Source: Octopus sinensis | Lineage: Eukaryota | Direction: 5' to 3' | Assembly (NCBI RefSeq): GCF_006345805.1 | Contig: NC_042999.1 | Span: 12,152,001-12,216,000 of the forward strand | DNA length: 64,000 nucleotides | Shown here: piece after piece, positions 1 to 13,690 of the stretch | Numbering within the stretch: the first letter of the stretch is position 1 | How the letters are laid out: every line of letters begins with the position of its first letter | The notes under the pieces: model-generated | Told to the model about the DNA's origin: nothing | Databases searched by the model: none | The model's input: only the letters and a program-made list of their open reading frames with translations | Translations under genes and position numbers: made by a program

Positions 1-1339
1 TATGACACATTCTACCAGTGTCCGAAGTTTGAAAGTGTTTAGTTACAAAAATTATTTTTTAAATCTGTAGGTCAAAAAGTAAAGATCACATTTTTTTTTT
101 TAGAGAATTGTTTTGCAAATCTTTCATTTGAAATAAAGAATAAAAATAACTTTCATATTATTTCTATTTTAATGAGGTTTTTTTAATGCATCAATAAAAT
201 ACTTATTACGTAAACAGGTGATAAGATAGGAATGGTATCTAGTTTTCAGTAAGGTGGAAGAAGGTAAATGAGTCATGTGTTTTATTTTATGAGACAGTAT
301 GCCTCATCATTATCATTTAATATCTGTCTTCGATGCTGGCATGGGTTGGACAGTTCAACAGGTTCCAACTAATCAGGGGTCTGCATCGGGTTCCAATATC
401 TGTTTTGGCAATGTTTCTACCACTGGATACCCTTCCTAATGTCAACCTGTACAGGGCATTTTTTTCTATGGTAACAAGGATTAAAGGGGTTTGAAATGTT
501 TCCACTGATGGATGCTTGTCTCAATGTGAATCCCTCGACAGTGAAGTAAGACTGAGAGGAGTCTGTCAATTATGGACAGCTAAAAGAAGGTAGGGGAACT
601 CCAATAGTATAAACAAAACAGAAATTCCTCTCACAAACTGGGGCTCAATAGAACAATCTAGAAAGTAGTATTATTAAAACATGGCAGAGTTGTTGAAAGG
701 GTCAGAAAGTCTTGTGACATTTGTTGAAATTCTCTGCATTTGAGTTCAAATCTGACTGAGGTCAGCATCACTTTTCATCCTTTCAGGTGTGATTAAAAAA
801 GGATCAAAGGCAGCAACACCTGGCAGAATCATTAGCATGTGGAACAAAATGCTAAGTGACATTTCATCCATCTTTACAGTCTGAGTTCAAATCCCATCAA
901 AGTCTTCTTTGTCTTTTTTGGGATCAATAAGATAAGCCCCAATTGATCACTGAGGTCGATGTAATCAATTAGCACCCCCCCTCAAAATTGCTGGCCTTGT
1001 GCTTAATGTAGAAAAGATTTAGAATGGTAGGAGTCTTGTGTGGTGGATTGTCAGACTTATTAGTTCGTTTCACAGGGTGTTTTGTGGTATCCCCCTTCTA
1101 CCTTGGTACATTCACCGCTGAAATCTCACTGCATCACCAGAAGATGGTGACACACGTATCAGACAGAATCAGCAGTTTGGGAAACAAATAGAAAAATATT
1201 TTCTTGGGTTTGATCAGCAGACTTACTGCCAGCATTATTACTAAACCGTGAAAAATAATCTTTACATCATGACAAAATTTATCTGTGAAAAACATTAACA
1301 AAATTAAAAATATATCTCAGTGATAAGACCCCAACTTAC

Positions 1340-1492
1340 TATCAACACTCCAATGAAGTTCATCGTGATTGGCAGGATCAATCTGAAAGATTTCATTATT
1401 GAGAACATCAAGAACAATGCGTAACTTATGTTTCTGACCGATTTCCGACTGAGTTACCTCAGGAACCTGAATTTTGATGTTGGCTAGTTTTT
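1340..1492 (-). CDS. Parvin: Parvin coding exon 5 (CH1 domain); gene continues off the left edge
   Basis: tttaacag|AA AAA CTA...GTT GAT A|gtaagt, 153 nt. EKLANIKIQVPEVTQSEIGQKHKLRIVLDVLNNEIFQIDPANHDELHWSVD contains the parvin signature EVTQSEIxQKxKL...WxVD. Confidence 0.95.
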
Positions 1493-1934
1493 CTGTTAAA
1501 GAGAGAATATAAAAAAAAAGGGGGTTAATTTTTTGCACATAGACAAAACTAATGAAATATAAAATTGTTAAATAGTTTCAAATGAAATGTTAACAATATA
1601 TTTAAAATGGTATTTTTGAATTAGTTTAAAAAATATCAAAATAAAATTAATTTCCAAATAGAATGATTTGATTTTGATATAAATTATGAAGATTTACTCA
1701 CTGGAATTACAGAAGAACTAGCAGACATTTCTCATTAACAAGAGTCTAAATACCTTAAATTAACCAAAGTGGACATATATACATACGTGTACATGCACAC
1801 ATGCTGCAAAAGCAGGCACAACCTTTTTTATTTAGTGATAAAGGATGTTCAAATTGAACTCATTCGTAGAGTAACGTTTCTTCTAGAGTAAATCTTCCTC
1901 TTCTTCCTGTTCTTTGTTGCAGGCAGCAAATAAT

Positions 1935-2750
1935 GAGTTCCAAGCAGAAATAACATTTCAGCCATCACTGAGTTGTTGATGAAGGAGGGATGTCAAGAAG
2001 TGAGACATACACAGGAGGTTACAGGTTGTTGATGGAGATGACAGCATTGGCAAGATCAATGTACATGAAAAGATGAAGAGGTTTAAAGAGGAGGAAACTA
2101 GCCCTGACGACAAAGCACACAGCAGGAGGCTATCAACTGAGACCAATGACCTCAATCACCAATGATGCAAACAGCTATCATCATTTAACATCTATTTTTC
2201 CATGCTGGCATCGCTTGGACAGGAGCTGCACCAATTTTTAGAGCCAGTGGTTGAACAGAAAGTCATAGCATCAGGGTTTGTTTCTTCTTTTTTTAATGGG
2301 TGTCATACTTCCTGATTTTCTGGAATGTTCTGTACCATGGCCAGCAAGTGGTACATTAAAACACTCAAGTAACTTAAAGATGCCATAAAGAAGAAAGAGA
2401 TTAAAAAAAGAGTCTAAAAACGGTCCACATTCACCTTGACAATGTCTGCCCACACACACATCTTTGACAACACAACAAGCAACTGGTAAATGGAATTGCT
2501 CAATGATCCCTGCTCTACTACCTGGATCTGGTACCCTCTAAACTTCCACATATCTGGTCCAGTAAAGACCAATCTTTGGGGACAACAATTTGATGAGAGA
2601 GATGAGGGGAACAGTGACTGAACAGGTGGCTACGACACTGCTTGATTGGATTTTCTCCAAAGAAGATGTGAGAGTTGGGTCCAACACAGGCAAAGAGGCA
2701 TCACTCGTTAAGAGGAAGAATTTCAAAGACCTGTATCAGTTAATAAAAAA
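1935..2750 (+). mobile_element. Degenerate mariner-like (Tc1/mariner) transposon, interrupted by a SINE fragment
   Basis: Frameshifted pieces in transposase order: SAITELLMKEGCQEV / DIHRRLQVVDGDD...KRFKEEETSPDDKAHSRR (HTH), GVILPDFLE, HLDNVCPHTSLTTQQA, YYLDLVPS-NFHISGPVK (YSPDLAPSDFHLFGPLK motif). Confidence 0.7.
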
Positions 2751-3101
2751 AAAATAGTTACGCATACTTTTTAGTATAGCTGTTGTATATTTTCAGGGGA
2801 CTGATTGATGTATTTTCTGTTGAGTCTATGTTGTAAAATAAACCCCCATCAGAAATCAAAAAAATATATTCACCGATCTAGTTTTCATCTAACATTGATG
2901 CATGGAAAAAGAATTGACCCCAGAGTTTTTAATGAAAATGTATCAAACAAAAAACTGTGTTAAAAGTGATCCATAAAATACTGTAGAAAGGAAAACCTTC
3001 CACACAAACAAAAAATTTCTATTTAAAAAAAACTCCAACAAAATATAAATAAAAACCCTAAAAACTGTGTGTGTATATTTAATTAGATAAAAGAAACAAA
3101 C

Positions 3102-3204
3102 CTATTAGTTTCTGAAGAATTTGGCCATCAAACAAATCTTCTTCAACATCTTTGACAATAATTCTTTGATCAGCAAGTTCATCATTGATCCAACCAAGTA
3201 AAAT
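3102..3204 (-). CDS. Parvin: Parvin coding exon 4 (start of CH1 domain)
   Basis: tttttaaag|ATT TTA CTT GGT TGG...CTA ATA G|gtttgt, 103 nt. ILLGWINDELADQRIIVKDVEEDLFDGQILQKLI, equivalent to VLIDWINDVLVGERIIVKDLAEDLYDGQVLQKLF. Confidence 0.95.
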
Positions 3205-4350
3205 CTTTAAAAAGACAAAAAAAAAAAACTCAAAAAAAAGTTAAAGCATTTCTCTAACCACATTCAGCTACCCAGCACTCCCAGGTCAAAAGCATCATCA
3301 TTTAACACCTGCTTTCCATATGGGCCTGGGTTAGATGGCTTGACAGGAGCTGGTAAAGCCAGGAGTCATACCAGGCTCCGTGATCTGTTTTAATAACGTT
3401 TCTACAGCTGGATGCCCTTCCTAACACCAACCACTTTACAGAGTGCTCCACTGGGTGCTTTTTACATGCCACCACTACCACTGCCTTTTATGCAACACCA
3501 ACACAGAAAATTCTTAGATGGCACTGGCACTTTTTATGTGGCACCATCACCAGTGCTTTTTACGTGGCACATTGCATATTATTTCAGAAGCTTTAATATT
3601 TTCGAAATCTATAATTCTCAGATCACTTTTCCATCATTAAATCATTGTTAGTTCTGAAATAAATTACTTTATAATTAAGATGTATAAACATGTTGGTCTT
3701 ATAAATTGTTACGATATGAATGAGAGAGAAAATTCAATTATTTATTAATAGGAGAGATTTAAAAAAATAAAAATATTGATATACAGGAAAAGTTGGTAGG
3801 CGTGGCACTGGTATCAGCTATGTGGTTGAGAGGCTTGTTTCTGGACCATGTAGTCTCAGGTTCAGTTCCACTGTATGGCAGTTTGAGCAAGCGTCTTCTC
3901 TTACAACCCTCAGCCACCTGTAAGTGGATTTGATAGACAAACTGTAAGAAGCTCATTGTGTGTGTGTGTGTCTCTCTCTTTGTCTTGACATGTGATGGTT
4001 GTAAATGAGCATCACCTACATACAGGCAACATTATTCATTTTCAGTCTTCCATGGAAATATGTCTTACCAAAGGTAAATATTACCTTGTTTGGAAACACA
4101 AGTGTTAGTGGCAGGAAAGACATCTGGTCATAGAAAATCTGCCTCTACAAATTCTGTGTGACCCATACAAGCATGGAAAAGTGGACATTGAACAATGTTG
4201 ATATGAAAAAAAGGAGTAATTTGAAGAAGATATTCACAAAGAGCCCATATTACCCTGATATTGTGGGTTAAGACAAAAGGTAGGTAGCAATGAATTAATT
4301 AAATAATGACAAGTTCTCTAAAAATATTTGAGCTAAAATGTTCTACTTAC

Positions 4351-4421
4351 ATTCATCAGTTCCTTTACTTTGTAATCTTCTCGAGAACTTGGATCCACCA
4401 TAGAACGTTCCTCATTTTCCT
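4351..4421 (-). CDS. Parvin: Parvin coding exon 3
   Basis: ttattctag|AG GAA AAT...ATG AAT|gtaagt, 71 nt. EENEERSMVDPSSREDYKVKELMN, equivalent to EENEVRTMVDPNSRSDPKLQELMK. Confidence 0.93.
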
Positions 4422-4873
4422 CTAGAATAAAAATAATTTACTTTGATAAATAGAAACGAAATGCAAAAGAAATCAATTCTGAAACTACTTGGAAGCAGGT
4501 GGGATTGAAAGTGGAGATGGAATTGTCTCCCACACAGGCAGAGATGAATGAAAGGTCATCGGACGAAAAAGATTTGTCTTTTCTTTCACTTATTTCTGTA
4601 GAAATTGTGGATAAATAACAACCAGTCTTGTATTTCATAAAAAGAATTAACTAGAGAGAGAAAAATATAGAGAAAGGATAAAATGTAAAAATTTAAAATG
4701 GAAGAAGTAAAAATTTACTTGCAACCATACCAGCTTGTTGGATTCTGTTGATCTGTTCAACCCATGCCAATACGGAAGACATTAAGCGGATATGATGATA
4801 GACATATAATTAGCAAATATTGATCAACTGTGAAGCAGCAACCAACATAGAATCGGTGGGTGGGGTAGCTTAC

Positions 4874-4963
4874 CTAGTTTGTAACCTTCAGGGTCGATAG
4901 TAAGGTTGGATAAGTTAGACCGGCACTCAATAGCATCTTTACCTTCCTGCACAAGTTCATTTA
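4874..4963 (-). CDS. Parvin: Parvin coding exon 2
   Basis: Acceptor tcttttctcttctacag, donor |gtaagc, 90 nt. Encodes VNELVQEGKDAIECRSNLSNLTIDPEGYKL, equivalent to VSELQEEGMNAINLP...LDPEDTML. Phases join exon 1 and exon 3. Confidence 0.9.
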
Positions 4964-5219
4964 CTGTAGAAGAGAAAGAGAAGAAAACTTTGTACATAGA
5001 TATATATATATAAAGGTGTGAATAAATAGAAAATTCAAATTTAAACCTGCTAACCCTTTACACAGTACAATAAGTACCATAAACAAATACAGTACAATGC
5101 ATAATCTGTAAAAGTCATTTTAATAAAAATTCATTAGATTAACGAAGGAAGACAATTTTTAAAAACTAGTTATTGCGGTGGAGAATTGCTTTTCACTTCT
5201 AAATCACCAGTAAAATTTA

Positions 5220-5560
5220 TGGCTGTGTGGTTAAGAAGCTTGCCTCCCAGCCATGTGGTTTCAGGTTCAATACTACTGCACAGCACCAGAGCAAGTATTT
5301 TCTACAATAGCCTGGGTCGAACAAAGCCTTGGTTGACAGAAACTGAAAGAGGCCCATCATGCGTGTGTGTGTGTGGTCTCCTCTTAATATTGCACAATGG
5401 TTGTAAACTAGCCTCATTCATATCCAATTTTCTTTGAGAAACACGAACTGTCATGGGGAAATATCAACTTGTTTGGCAACAGGACATTCAGTTGTAGAAA
5501 ATGTACCTCAACAAATTCTGACTCATGTAAGCAGGATGAAAAAAAGGAATGTTAAAATAA
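5220..5560 (+). mobile_element. tRNA-derived SINE
   Basis: ggctgtgtggttaagaagcttgc (A box)...ggttcaatac (B box)...gacagaaactgaaag...(TG)n. Related copies near 3815-4200, 22878-23040 and 24866-25020 (+), and 32110-32265, 41140-41312 and 44590-44690 (-). Confidence 0.8.
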
Positions 5561-6424
5561 TGATGGCTACACACACACACACACAATTGAAATGCATTTT
5601 GGATTGATTATGATAAGTAGTTTGGGGACATAAGACATCACATTACTATAACCAGGATGACAATGAACTAACACCTTCTCATAGACTCACTAAACATCAA
5701 ACAAATGGTATACCTGTCACAAATAGTTTTTTAAATGTTATTTTAGAAACTTAGTAGATTATTAACTTTTTTTTAAAGTAAATAATATTTGGTAAGTCTC
5801 CCATCATAGAGGTTATTATCATGCCCCAGTATGACCAGAGTCCATTGGTTGAAAATAGCAAACAGAATTTAAACCAAATAAGATGTAGTAAAAGTTTATT
5901 AGCAGCACATGAACCATTGAATCATGATTTGGCATGGTACCTCAGAAAGAAAGCAAAAACCCAGTCAAATTGGCATAGCTACTTCATTAGTTTTTGATTG
6001 CTAATTACTGGCCTAGATAGTGAAAGCAATTAAATATTTTTACCTGATTTATGTTACATTTTTACTGAAATGCCATCTTTCAATTAAATCTGAACACTTT
6101 TCAAACATTTAGAAATGGAAAATTCTAGCAAGCCTACCAGTTACAACAGCTTTAAATCTGTTGAGTGTTTAGTAAAAGTCTCATCAAAATTATTACAAAA
6201 CTGCAATTAACAATAACAAATTCCAATTTTGATAAGGAAATATTTCCTCTTTTTTACTTTATATGATAGAAAAGGTGAGATTTAAAATTTGATTTCTGGT
6301 TTCTTCAATTTAATCATCTCAATTGTCTCCAACAAATGAACTGAAAGTCAAATGAGCAAAAGCAATGCCTGTCATTTGTTTCATTATCGGTAAGTAATAG
6401 TAACTATGTTCTCTCTTAATAAGA

Positions 6425-6631
6425 TTAACCCTTTCGTTACCAACCCAGCTGAAACTGGCTCTGAGTACAAATGTCTTGTTTTCATAAGTTTTGAATTGAA
6501 ATCTGCCACCAAACACCAGCTGAATGAAATCTAAGTTATTTTTCTAAATTCTTTGTTATCATCATCATCAAAAGTAATTGAAAGAAACCTGACAGAGCAT
6601 CTCAACAGAAATACAGTAACGAAAGGGTTAA
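6425..6631. mobile_element. piggyBac-type MITE (TTAA target site)
   Basis: TTAA-CCCTTTCGTTAC (6425-6440) and GTAACGAAAGGG-TTAA (6616-6631): perfect 12-bp TIR with TTAA on both sides. Related degenerate copies near 44850-45034, 46386 and 62753-62970. Confidence 0.75.
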
Positions 6632-6699
6632 TAGAGCACTTGTAACAAGTGAAGACGAACAAAACATATACACTCAGCTTCAATGTGCAAAGAAAAAAA

Positions 6700-9300
6700 C
6701 TCTGGAAAATGTGAAAGATCAGCAAGATGAAGAGAAAGGAGACAAAAGAAAAAATACTGAAAAACTTGTAAAAGAGAGAAGGTGAAGGTTCATAGAGGGA
6801 AGAAAAGCTGTAAAAGAGGCTGCAAATATATTAAAGAGGGTGAGATCAGCTGAAAAGAATGAGAAACATTTTTGAATGTTTATCTGTGAGAGAAGTTCAG
6901 TGTTTTGTTTGTTTTGCGCTTGCAGGTGTTGGACAAGTCTTGGAGTTGATGAAGTGAGAGGTGGTTGCTGAATTAAAATAGCCAGGTTTGGATTTGAAGA
7001 GTAATTAAGAGGGTTGTTGCAAACAAAACCTAAGACACGCTTGTTGGAACAATCACCAAGAAGACAGACAGGTTCAGTCACAGAAGGGTATGGGTGTATT
7101 TACAGGTGTTGTAAAAAATAAATGTGATAGAGTATAACGTGGTCAATGATTTGGAAGTAAGGTCGAGGGTCTGAAGGGTGATGAAAGGAGAAGTGTAGCA
7201 TTTAGTATGGTGCTGGAATATGAGTTGCCAATAGAAAGGAACTTCTGACCAAAGATCAGTTTTGAGAAAGAGGAAGACAGACTTTGGACTGCCGTGAATT
7301 CTAGGAACCTTAGAACCAGAGCTTTAACCCAGTTTCCATGGCAACTAGGTGACTGAGATTAAAATACGCTCCACCCAAAATAGAATGCAGACCCTTCAAG
7401 GGTTAACTTCCCAGCTGATTCTGAGACTCAAGAACACAATGTACTGAATTGTTCAAGAATTGAAAACCACAAGCATATGATGGTGAGTGCAACGCCCAAA
7501 CCACAAGGCCATGTACCTCCACGAAGAAAAGAAAGCTGAAGGGGAGTGTCCATTGATATGACAGAGACAACAAGTGAAAGGTAGCAGGAAAAAGACAAAG
7601 ATCCTTGTTGGATGAAGAGGTGAGAGGGGTGAAGCTTTGGCAGCAGCAGCAGCAGTCAGGGCTCAGTGAAATGTGGTGTTAATTGTTCATTCAATGTAAA
7701 TATTCCTGTGTCAGAAAGAATTGGTGTATTTCTTGAGATTTGGAAAAGAAATTCAAAGAAAAGGCAAGAAAGGGATGGCAATTTCAGTATAAATAGAGCG
7801 AGCTGAAGAAAGTTGAAGCAGAAATGTGAGTTTATGGGTTTATAATGCCGCAAAGTAGCAATGTGAGGGCTTTTGGCAGTGGCAGAGATGTTGAGAGATT
7901 ACTCAGAGATAAAGTCTGGAAGATGCTGGCAAGAAATGATGACAGTAAGTTAATCCCTAAAGAATGATGTAGCAGCAAGACAATCATTAAGATTATACAA
8001 TTCCAAGGTGGGTTTAGTGAAGTGGAGAAAGATGTAGAGAATATAATGATGAAGAGGTAGGTAGAAGCGAGACCTATATTGTCACACTGGAGGGGGGGTA
8101 TCAGAATTGTAAGAGGAGAAACAATTCAAGGTAAGGAGAAGGGTGGTGGGTTTCGGTAAAGGATGAACATTGAAAAATATGTTTATGGCTTGAGGTCAGT
8201 CGTTGTGTGTGTGTGTAGTGGGGTATGATCATGTACAGGGATTAGGGAACCGGATTGAGAAGGTGAATGGTATGGTTAGTATCTTGGATACAGAAACATA
8301 CAACAAGGACCCCATATTAAGTTTATTGGGGGAAGATGAAGCAGAGTTCAGTGAGATATCTTCAAGCAGAGCCGATGAGGTCACTGGAGTGGTGGGGGGG
8401 GGAGGGCTAGATATAAGAAGCTTACTGAGAAAAAGACAGTGTTTAATGATAAGGTTAGTAATAAAGGGAGAAAGAGTAGAGAGGAAGAGATGAACAACTC
8501 AATGGTGTGTGTGAGTGAAGTTAGCATTACTGAGCTGGCCAAGAGCTTCCTTTCAGCAGAGGTCAGTCAAGCAAACAGCAGCAGCAGCTGCAGCTTTGCT
8601 AGTCTTATTTCAATATCAGTTCAGTGCTGAGGTGCATGGAGTTTACAATAGTGATGGTAAGGGGCTTAAGATGATTTCTGGAATTTCAATAGATCCACAT
8701 CTCAACGATGCTTCTTCAAAAGCAATTAAACAAATCCAAACTGTCCTAAATCCTACGTCCATGTTGAGCTCATTGAAGTCACCAATGCCATGCAGTCCAC
8801 TTCCCATATTACTAAGGAAAAGGCCTTCGCCCGCGAGTGTGCATAGTTGACATTGAAACAGAGAACTGATCTGCATTGCTGTTGAATCAGATGAAATTAA
8901 AGATTCTGCTGAGAACATAGGTTCCAAGCCTGTGAGCTGAGGTTCAGAATGTGTTGAGTGGAGAGATCTTGCAAAAGGTTGGGGTGTGTGAGAAAACTCA
9001 TTTAAATAAAAAGTGTCCTTCGTAGGGGGGAAAAGTTGGGAATCACTGGCCTAGAATAAAGTGTTTGGTATCTGAAAGAGGAACATTGTTTTTAATGGTA
9101 GTAACAGCATAGAGATGAGGGTTAAGGGGCAACTGATAGGAAAAAATTTGGTGGAGATTATTGAGATTGTGAAAAAGTGGGGAGTAGAAGAATAGAGGAT
9201 GGAAAGGAGGAGGAGGAGGGTGCAAGAGTAAGAAGAAATGTAACAAGTGGAATTTGGTTTTTCTTTTGAGGATGTGGTATGAATTGTAAGGATAACCAAA
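6700..9300 (-). mobile_element. Very old, decayed L1/Tx1-like LINE remnant
   Basis: Strong strand skew and weak ORF2 motifs in the expected order on the - strand: IGDFNE (about 8790), HYKPI (about 7840, NYRPI-like), QQGSLSF (about 7610), SLRISWE (about 7425, GLKIN-like). Each motif is degenerate. Confidence 0.35.
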
Positions 9301-9999
9301 GTTTGTCCTCCTACTCTACCCTAATCAACAGAAATATCTCTGCTCTTTGCAGAGGCTAATATTGAATGAAATTTAATATTTTTAATCAACGTAGGGAAAA
9401 AAAAATGAAACACTACCAGTGTATGGGTTTCAAGTATTTATTTGTAGCAAATGTTAGGCTGATTTGGGAATAACACCTTTAAACTCTTAGTTGATAGAAA
9501 ACAGGTGTCATTTTTTTCTTTTCTTTTTGGGAAGGTCACCTACAATAAACATTCTGTCAGCTGTTTAATGAAAACATAGCTATGCACTTCTTAATTGGTA
9601 AATAGTTTTGGACAGATATTAATACAACAAGAATGTTGTCATATGACAGGTAACTTTGGAAGTCTACTTTCACCACCGCAGGTAATATCAGGAAATATGG
9701 CAGACATACAATCATCATAATGTCACTTTTCTCAAAATTCTTGGTGCTTATATAAAATAATGAGATAAATACTAATTTTCTAAAGAAAAATACCTAATAC
9801 CTTTGGATAAAACAAATTTCTCATTTGTATATTTGCAATAAATGTTATTTTTCTAAATTTTAATAGACATAATCAAAATCTACACCATCAAAAGCCTATC
9901 TCTGCAAAATTCTGTTAAAAAATGTGAATTTTCAAAAAGACACTCATTCTGCACTTTTTTCTCTCCTCTCTCAAATATGATGTAAAATGTGACTCGTAA

Positions 10000-12900
10000 A
10001 ATATCCAACAAACCAACATATTGGCTGCTATTACAACAACACTTTCTCTACCACTACTGCCACACACACCAACGCACACAGACACCGTTACAGCAATAAA
10101 CACGAAAAACTTGTTTCATACATAAAAGAAAACAGACACAAATTACAGATTTCATTATACCAACAGACAACACACCACCAGCACACATTCTCACCATAAA
10201 AATCAATGAAAACATATATAATGAAATCAAGGAGAAATTCCCTAACGATGTCGGATCGCTAGGGAGAAATTTCTCCAAAAACCTGGTGGAAACACCCATG
10301 CAAAAGCACAAGGGAGCCACCCCACCAAACAACAGTAAGCAGAGCCTTTTTCTCCATAACCTTTTAAAACATGGCAAAACTCAGAATCGGTAGCTTAAAT
10401 GTGAGAGGCCTCGGGTCACCTGTTAAACGACCTGAGGTTTCATAGCATGGCTGCTACATCCATTAGTGAAACCAGGCTCTCCGACCTGAGGGACTTGTAG
10501 CCCTTTTCGGCGGATACGAGATTTTTCTATCTTCGTGTCGGCCGGGAGCAGGCGGTGGTGGTACTGCAGTGTTGTTTTGGAAGGGCCTGGACTTGAAAAT
10601 AAGGGCAGTCTTCCTGGATCCAGAAGGTAAGTTGGTGGTCCTCGACGTAGACGGTGGTGCTTTCAGATTGCTGGCTGCCTACGCTCCGACAGGAGCAGGG
10701 CAGTCCGATTATTTCAAGCATCTGGAAGTTTTCTTGGGAACGTCATGCACTCTAGTGCTAGTTGGGGATTGGAACACTGTCTTAGACGAACGTTTCGATC
10801 GGGTGGGCAGGGAGCATCTGATAGGAGAGTGGGGAGCAAGAGCCTTGCCAACCTGCTCAGGCGCTTTCAGCTGTCCGACAAGTTTCGACTAGACAACCCA
10901 AATGTGCCAATGTGGACTTGGACCAATCGCATCAGGTCGTCTAGATCGTACTTAGATAGAGTCTTCTGTAGGCCAGCGGATAAGGACAGCATAGGATGTC
11001 CACAATTCCACCTAGTTGACTACATGGACCACAAATTTGTGATCTGTACGGTCGACTTGGATAGGCTAGATAGGCAGGGTCCCGGCTACTGGAAGCTGAA
11101 CGCGTCGTTAATGGTGTGCAAAGCTTACAGAGACCGGATTAGTTTATTAGTTAAACGGGTGCTCACGGGGGCAATCATCAACAACAACTGGTGGTTTGCT
11201 CTCAAGAGAGCAATTAGAGTAGAGTCAATTAGGTTTAGTAAGGCTCTAGCTGTAGAACATAGGAAAAGAGAGCAGGATTTAGTTAGAAAAAAGGCTCTTG
11301 AGACAGGCATCGCAACCGACGTGTTGGCGGCTAGGTTGGCCCTCGACCAACACTTCGACGCCAAACACGAAGGCTGTGTTGTCAGAGCAAAGGCACATTC
11401 GCTAAGCAGGGAGGGGACTAAGGCTGCTCGATGGGCCCGCGTGGCGGAGACAAAGCAAGGCAACAAAGTGACCATTCGGTCTTTGGTGGAGCAGAATGGG
11501 CGCGAGGTTTCCAAACTGAAGCAGATGTGTGCGGTGTTTCAGCGGCACTTTGCTCAACTGTTTGGGACGGACAACGGTACAGGCTTCGTTGTGTACCTGG
11601 ACGGCATACCGCAACTCTCGGACAGCAAGGCGGAGTGCTGCGAAAGACCGATATCTGCCTGGGAAGTGGAGGAAGCGATGAAGAGCTGCACGAGAGGTAG
11701 ATCGCCAGGTTTGGATGGTCTGCCCTACGAGCTTTACACTTCAATGCCAGACTAGTTTGCGGGCCTGTTGGCAAACGTCTACTGCAACTGGCAGCAAAAC
11801 AGGAGAATTCCTGCTTTTGTCTGTCGAGGGGTGGTGGCTTTGCTGAGAAAGGACCCAAACAAGGGGGATGTTATAGGGAATTTTCGGCCCATCACTGCTC
11901 AATGCAGAGTTGAAGATTTTGGCCAAGGCGCTAGCCAAGAGATTGGCGCTTGTCGTGGACAAGCTTATTGGCAAGGCGCAAACATGCTCCGTGCCGACCA
12001 GGTCGATACACGATAATCTCCATCTCATGCGCTACATCATAGAGAGGGTGGGTAATGACGCTGGCACGGGTGGGGCTTTGATCAATTTAGATCAGAGTAA
12101 AGCCTTCAATAGGGTCGACCATTGATACCTGGCAGCTGTTCTCAAGGCAGCCGGTTTCGGTCCAGTCTTCCGCGGGTGGATCGCTGCTTTGTACAGCAAC
12201 ATTTGCTTGGTGATACAGGTAAACGGTCACCTTTCGGAACCGTTTGACATCTCGCGTTTGGTTCACCAAGGATGCCCTCTCTCCTCCCTCTTGTACGTAT
12301 TGACTCTTGAGCCATTACTGTGCAAGTTGGAGGCTTTGAGGGGTATCCCGTGCAATCTAGGAGATGGAAACAGCGTGTCTGCCTATGCCGACGATGTCAT
12401 CGTGATAGTGTCGAGCCACAGGCATATTGACCTGATTGGTGAGATGCTAAACGAGTACGAAGCGGTGACAGGTGCAAAGATTAACGTGGAAAAGTCTGTG
12501 GGCTTGCAACTGGGCACCTGGAGAGGCAAGTCCATGCTGTCCAACAGCGTCGTAGGGCGCTGGACAGATGGGCCCATTAAACTGCTCGGGGTCTGGTTCG
12601 GTCCGGACCTCCAGGTGGATAAAAACTGGGAAGAAGTGACGAGCAGGGTGGCCAATCTCACCCAGAAATGGGCCGAGAGGAAGCTGTCCCTGAAAGGTCG
12701 AGCGGAGGTGGCAAATGCGTACATTGCATCTGTCATCTATTACCGCTTGACCGTCGTCCCTTGTCCCAACCGCTGATTGGCCAAGCTGGCTTGCTGTGGT
12801 TACTGATGTGCAGACATGCGCTCAGGCTACGGCATCTCAAGTGTTTCCTAGACGGTGAACAGGTGTGGTCGTCATTTGTCAGACGCGACTTTCCACAGCT

Positions 12901-13690
12901 CGTCTCTTTGACAGAGCTGCAAACCTGGATCAAACGCAGACCGAGAATGGGCGCTTGGTACCTCGAGTGCCGTCAAGCTCTCTCCGCCCTCCACCAAGCA
13001 GGCAATGCGATCGGTTTTAGTTCCACTCTAGTATTGCCCGAGTATTGCTGAACTATGGGTTTATGTCGAACAGCTACTGTCGCGTATAGAACGGATCCGG
13101 CTATCAGCTGAATCCATAGTGAGGATTGCCCTGCTGACCTCCTTTAACAAGGAGGGAAAGGCCGTTTTCCTGTGTCTAGTGGCTGTAGCGAAAGAGGTGG
13201 TATGGTGGACCCGTTTGAAAGGGCTAAGGTCAGACACTTTCCTCTTTGGCCAAGGCCTCATCAACTTTTTCAAGTTTCACTTGAAAAGGAAGGTGAGAGT
13301 AGAGAGGGAAGTGCTGTCTGATAGCAAGTTTACTGAAAGGTGGGTAAACGTCACAAGAATGGCCAGTATAAATGGACCAATTCTGAGGATACACCCGTAG
13401 TATAAAAAAGTATTATAAAAGGAGAAAGGGGCTCTCTACTACCCCCCCCCCCTTCGACCAGGCTCCCATGGCTTTTATGGGTTTTTCCACGAGTAACCTT
13501 TCGAAGCGCCTCCCCTTATTGGGAATTTCAATTGTTATATTTTCGTTGTTATCTCTGGAATTTTTACAGGGTTTTTTGCAAACGGACAAAACCCTTTGTA
13601 ACTTTCGTCCTGTGTTTTGTCCCTTTATGTTTTAATTAATTTTTGTCAGCCCTTGTGGCCAATAAACGAAGTAATTATTATTATATAAAG
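10000..13690 (+). mobile_element. Tx1/L1-clade LINE, ORF2 pseudogenised
   Basis: ORF2 starts at 10371 (MAKLRIGSLNVRGL). APE motifs AYAP and LVGDWN; WKLNASL; RT motifs GRSPGLDGLPYELY, DQSKAFNRVDH, QGCPLS, YADDV, KLLGVWFG. Ends RIHP* at 13400; AATAAA plus (ATT)n tail near 13660-13685. Several stops and frameshifts. Confidence 0.92.

Noticed and set aside
5220-5300. A/B-box sequences as tRNA genes
   Set aside because: No cloverleaf; they continue into SINE body and tail and are dispersed in many decayed copies.
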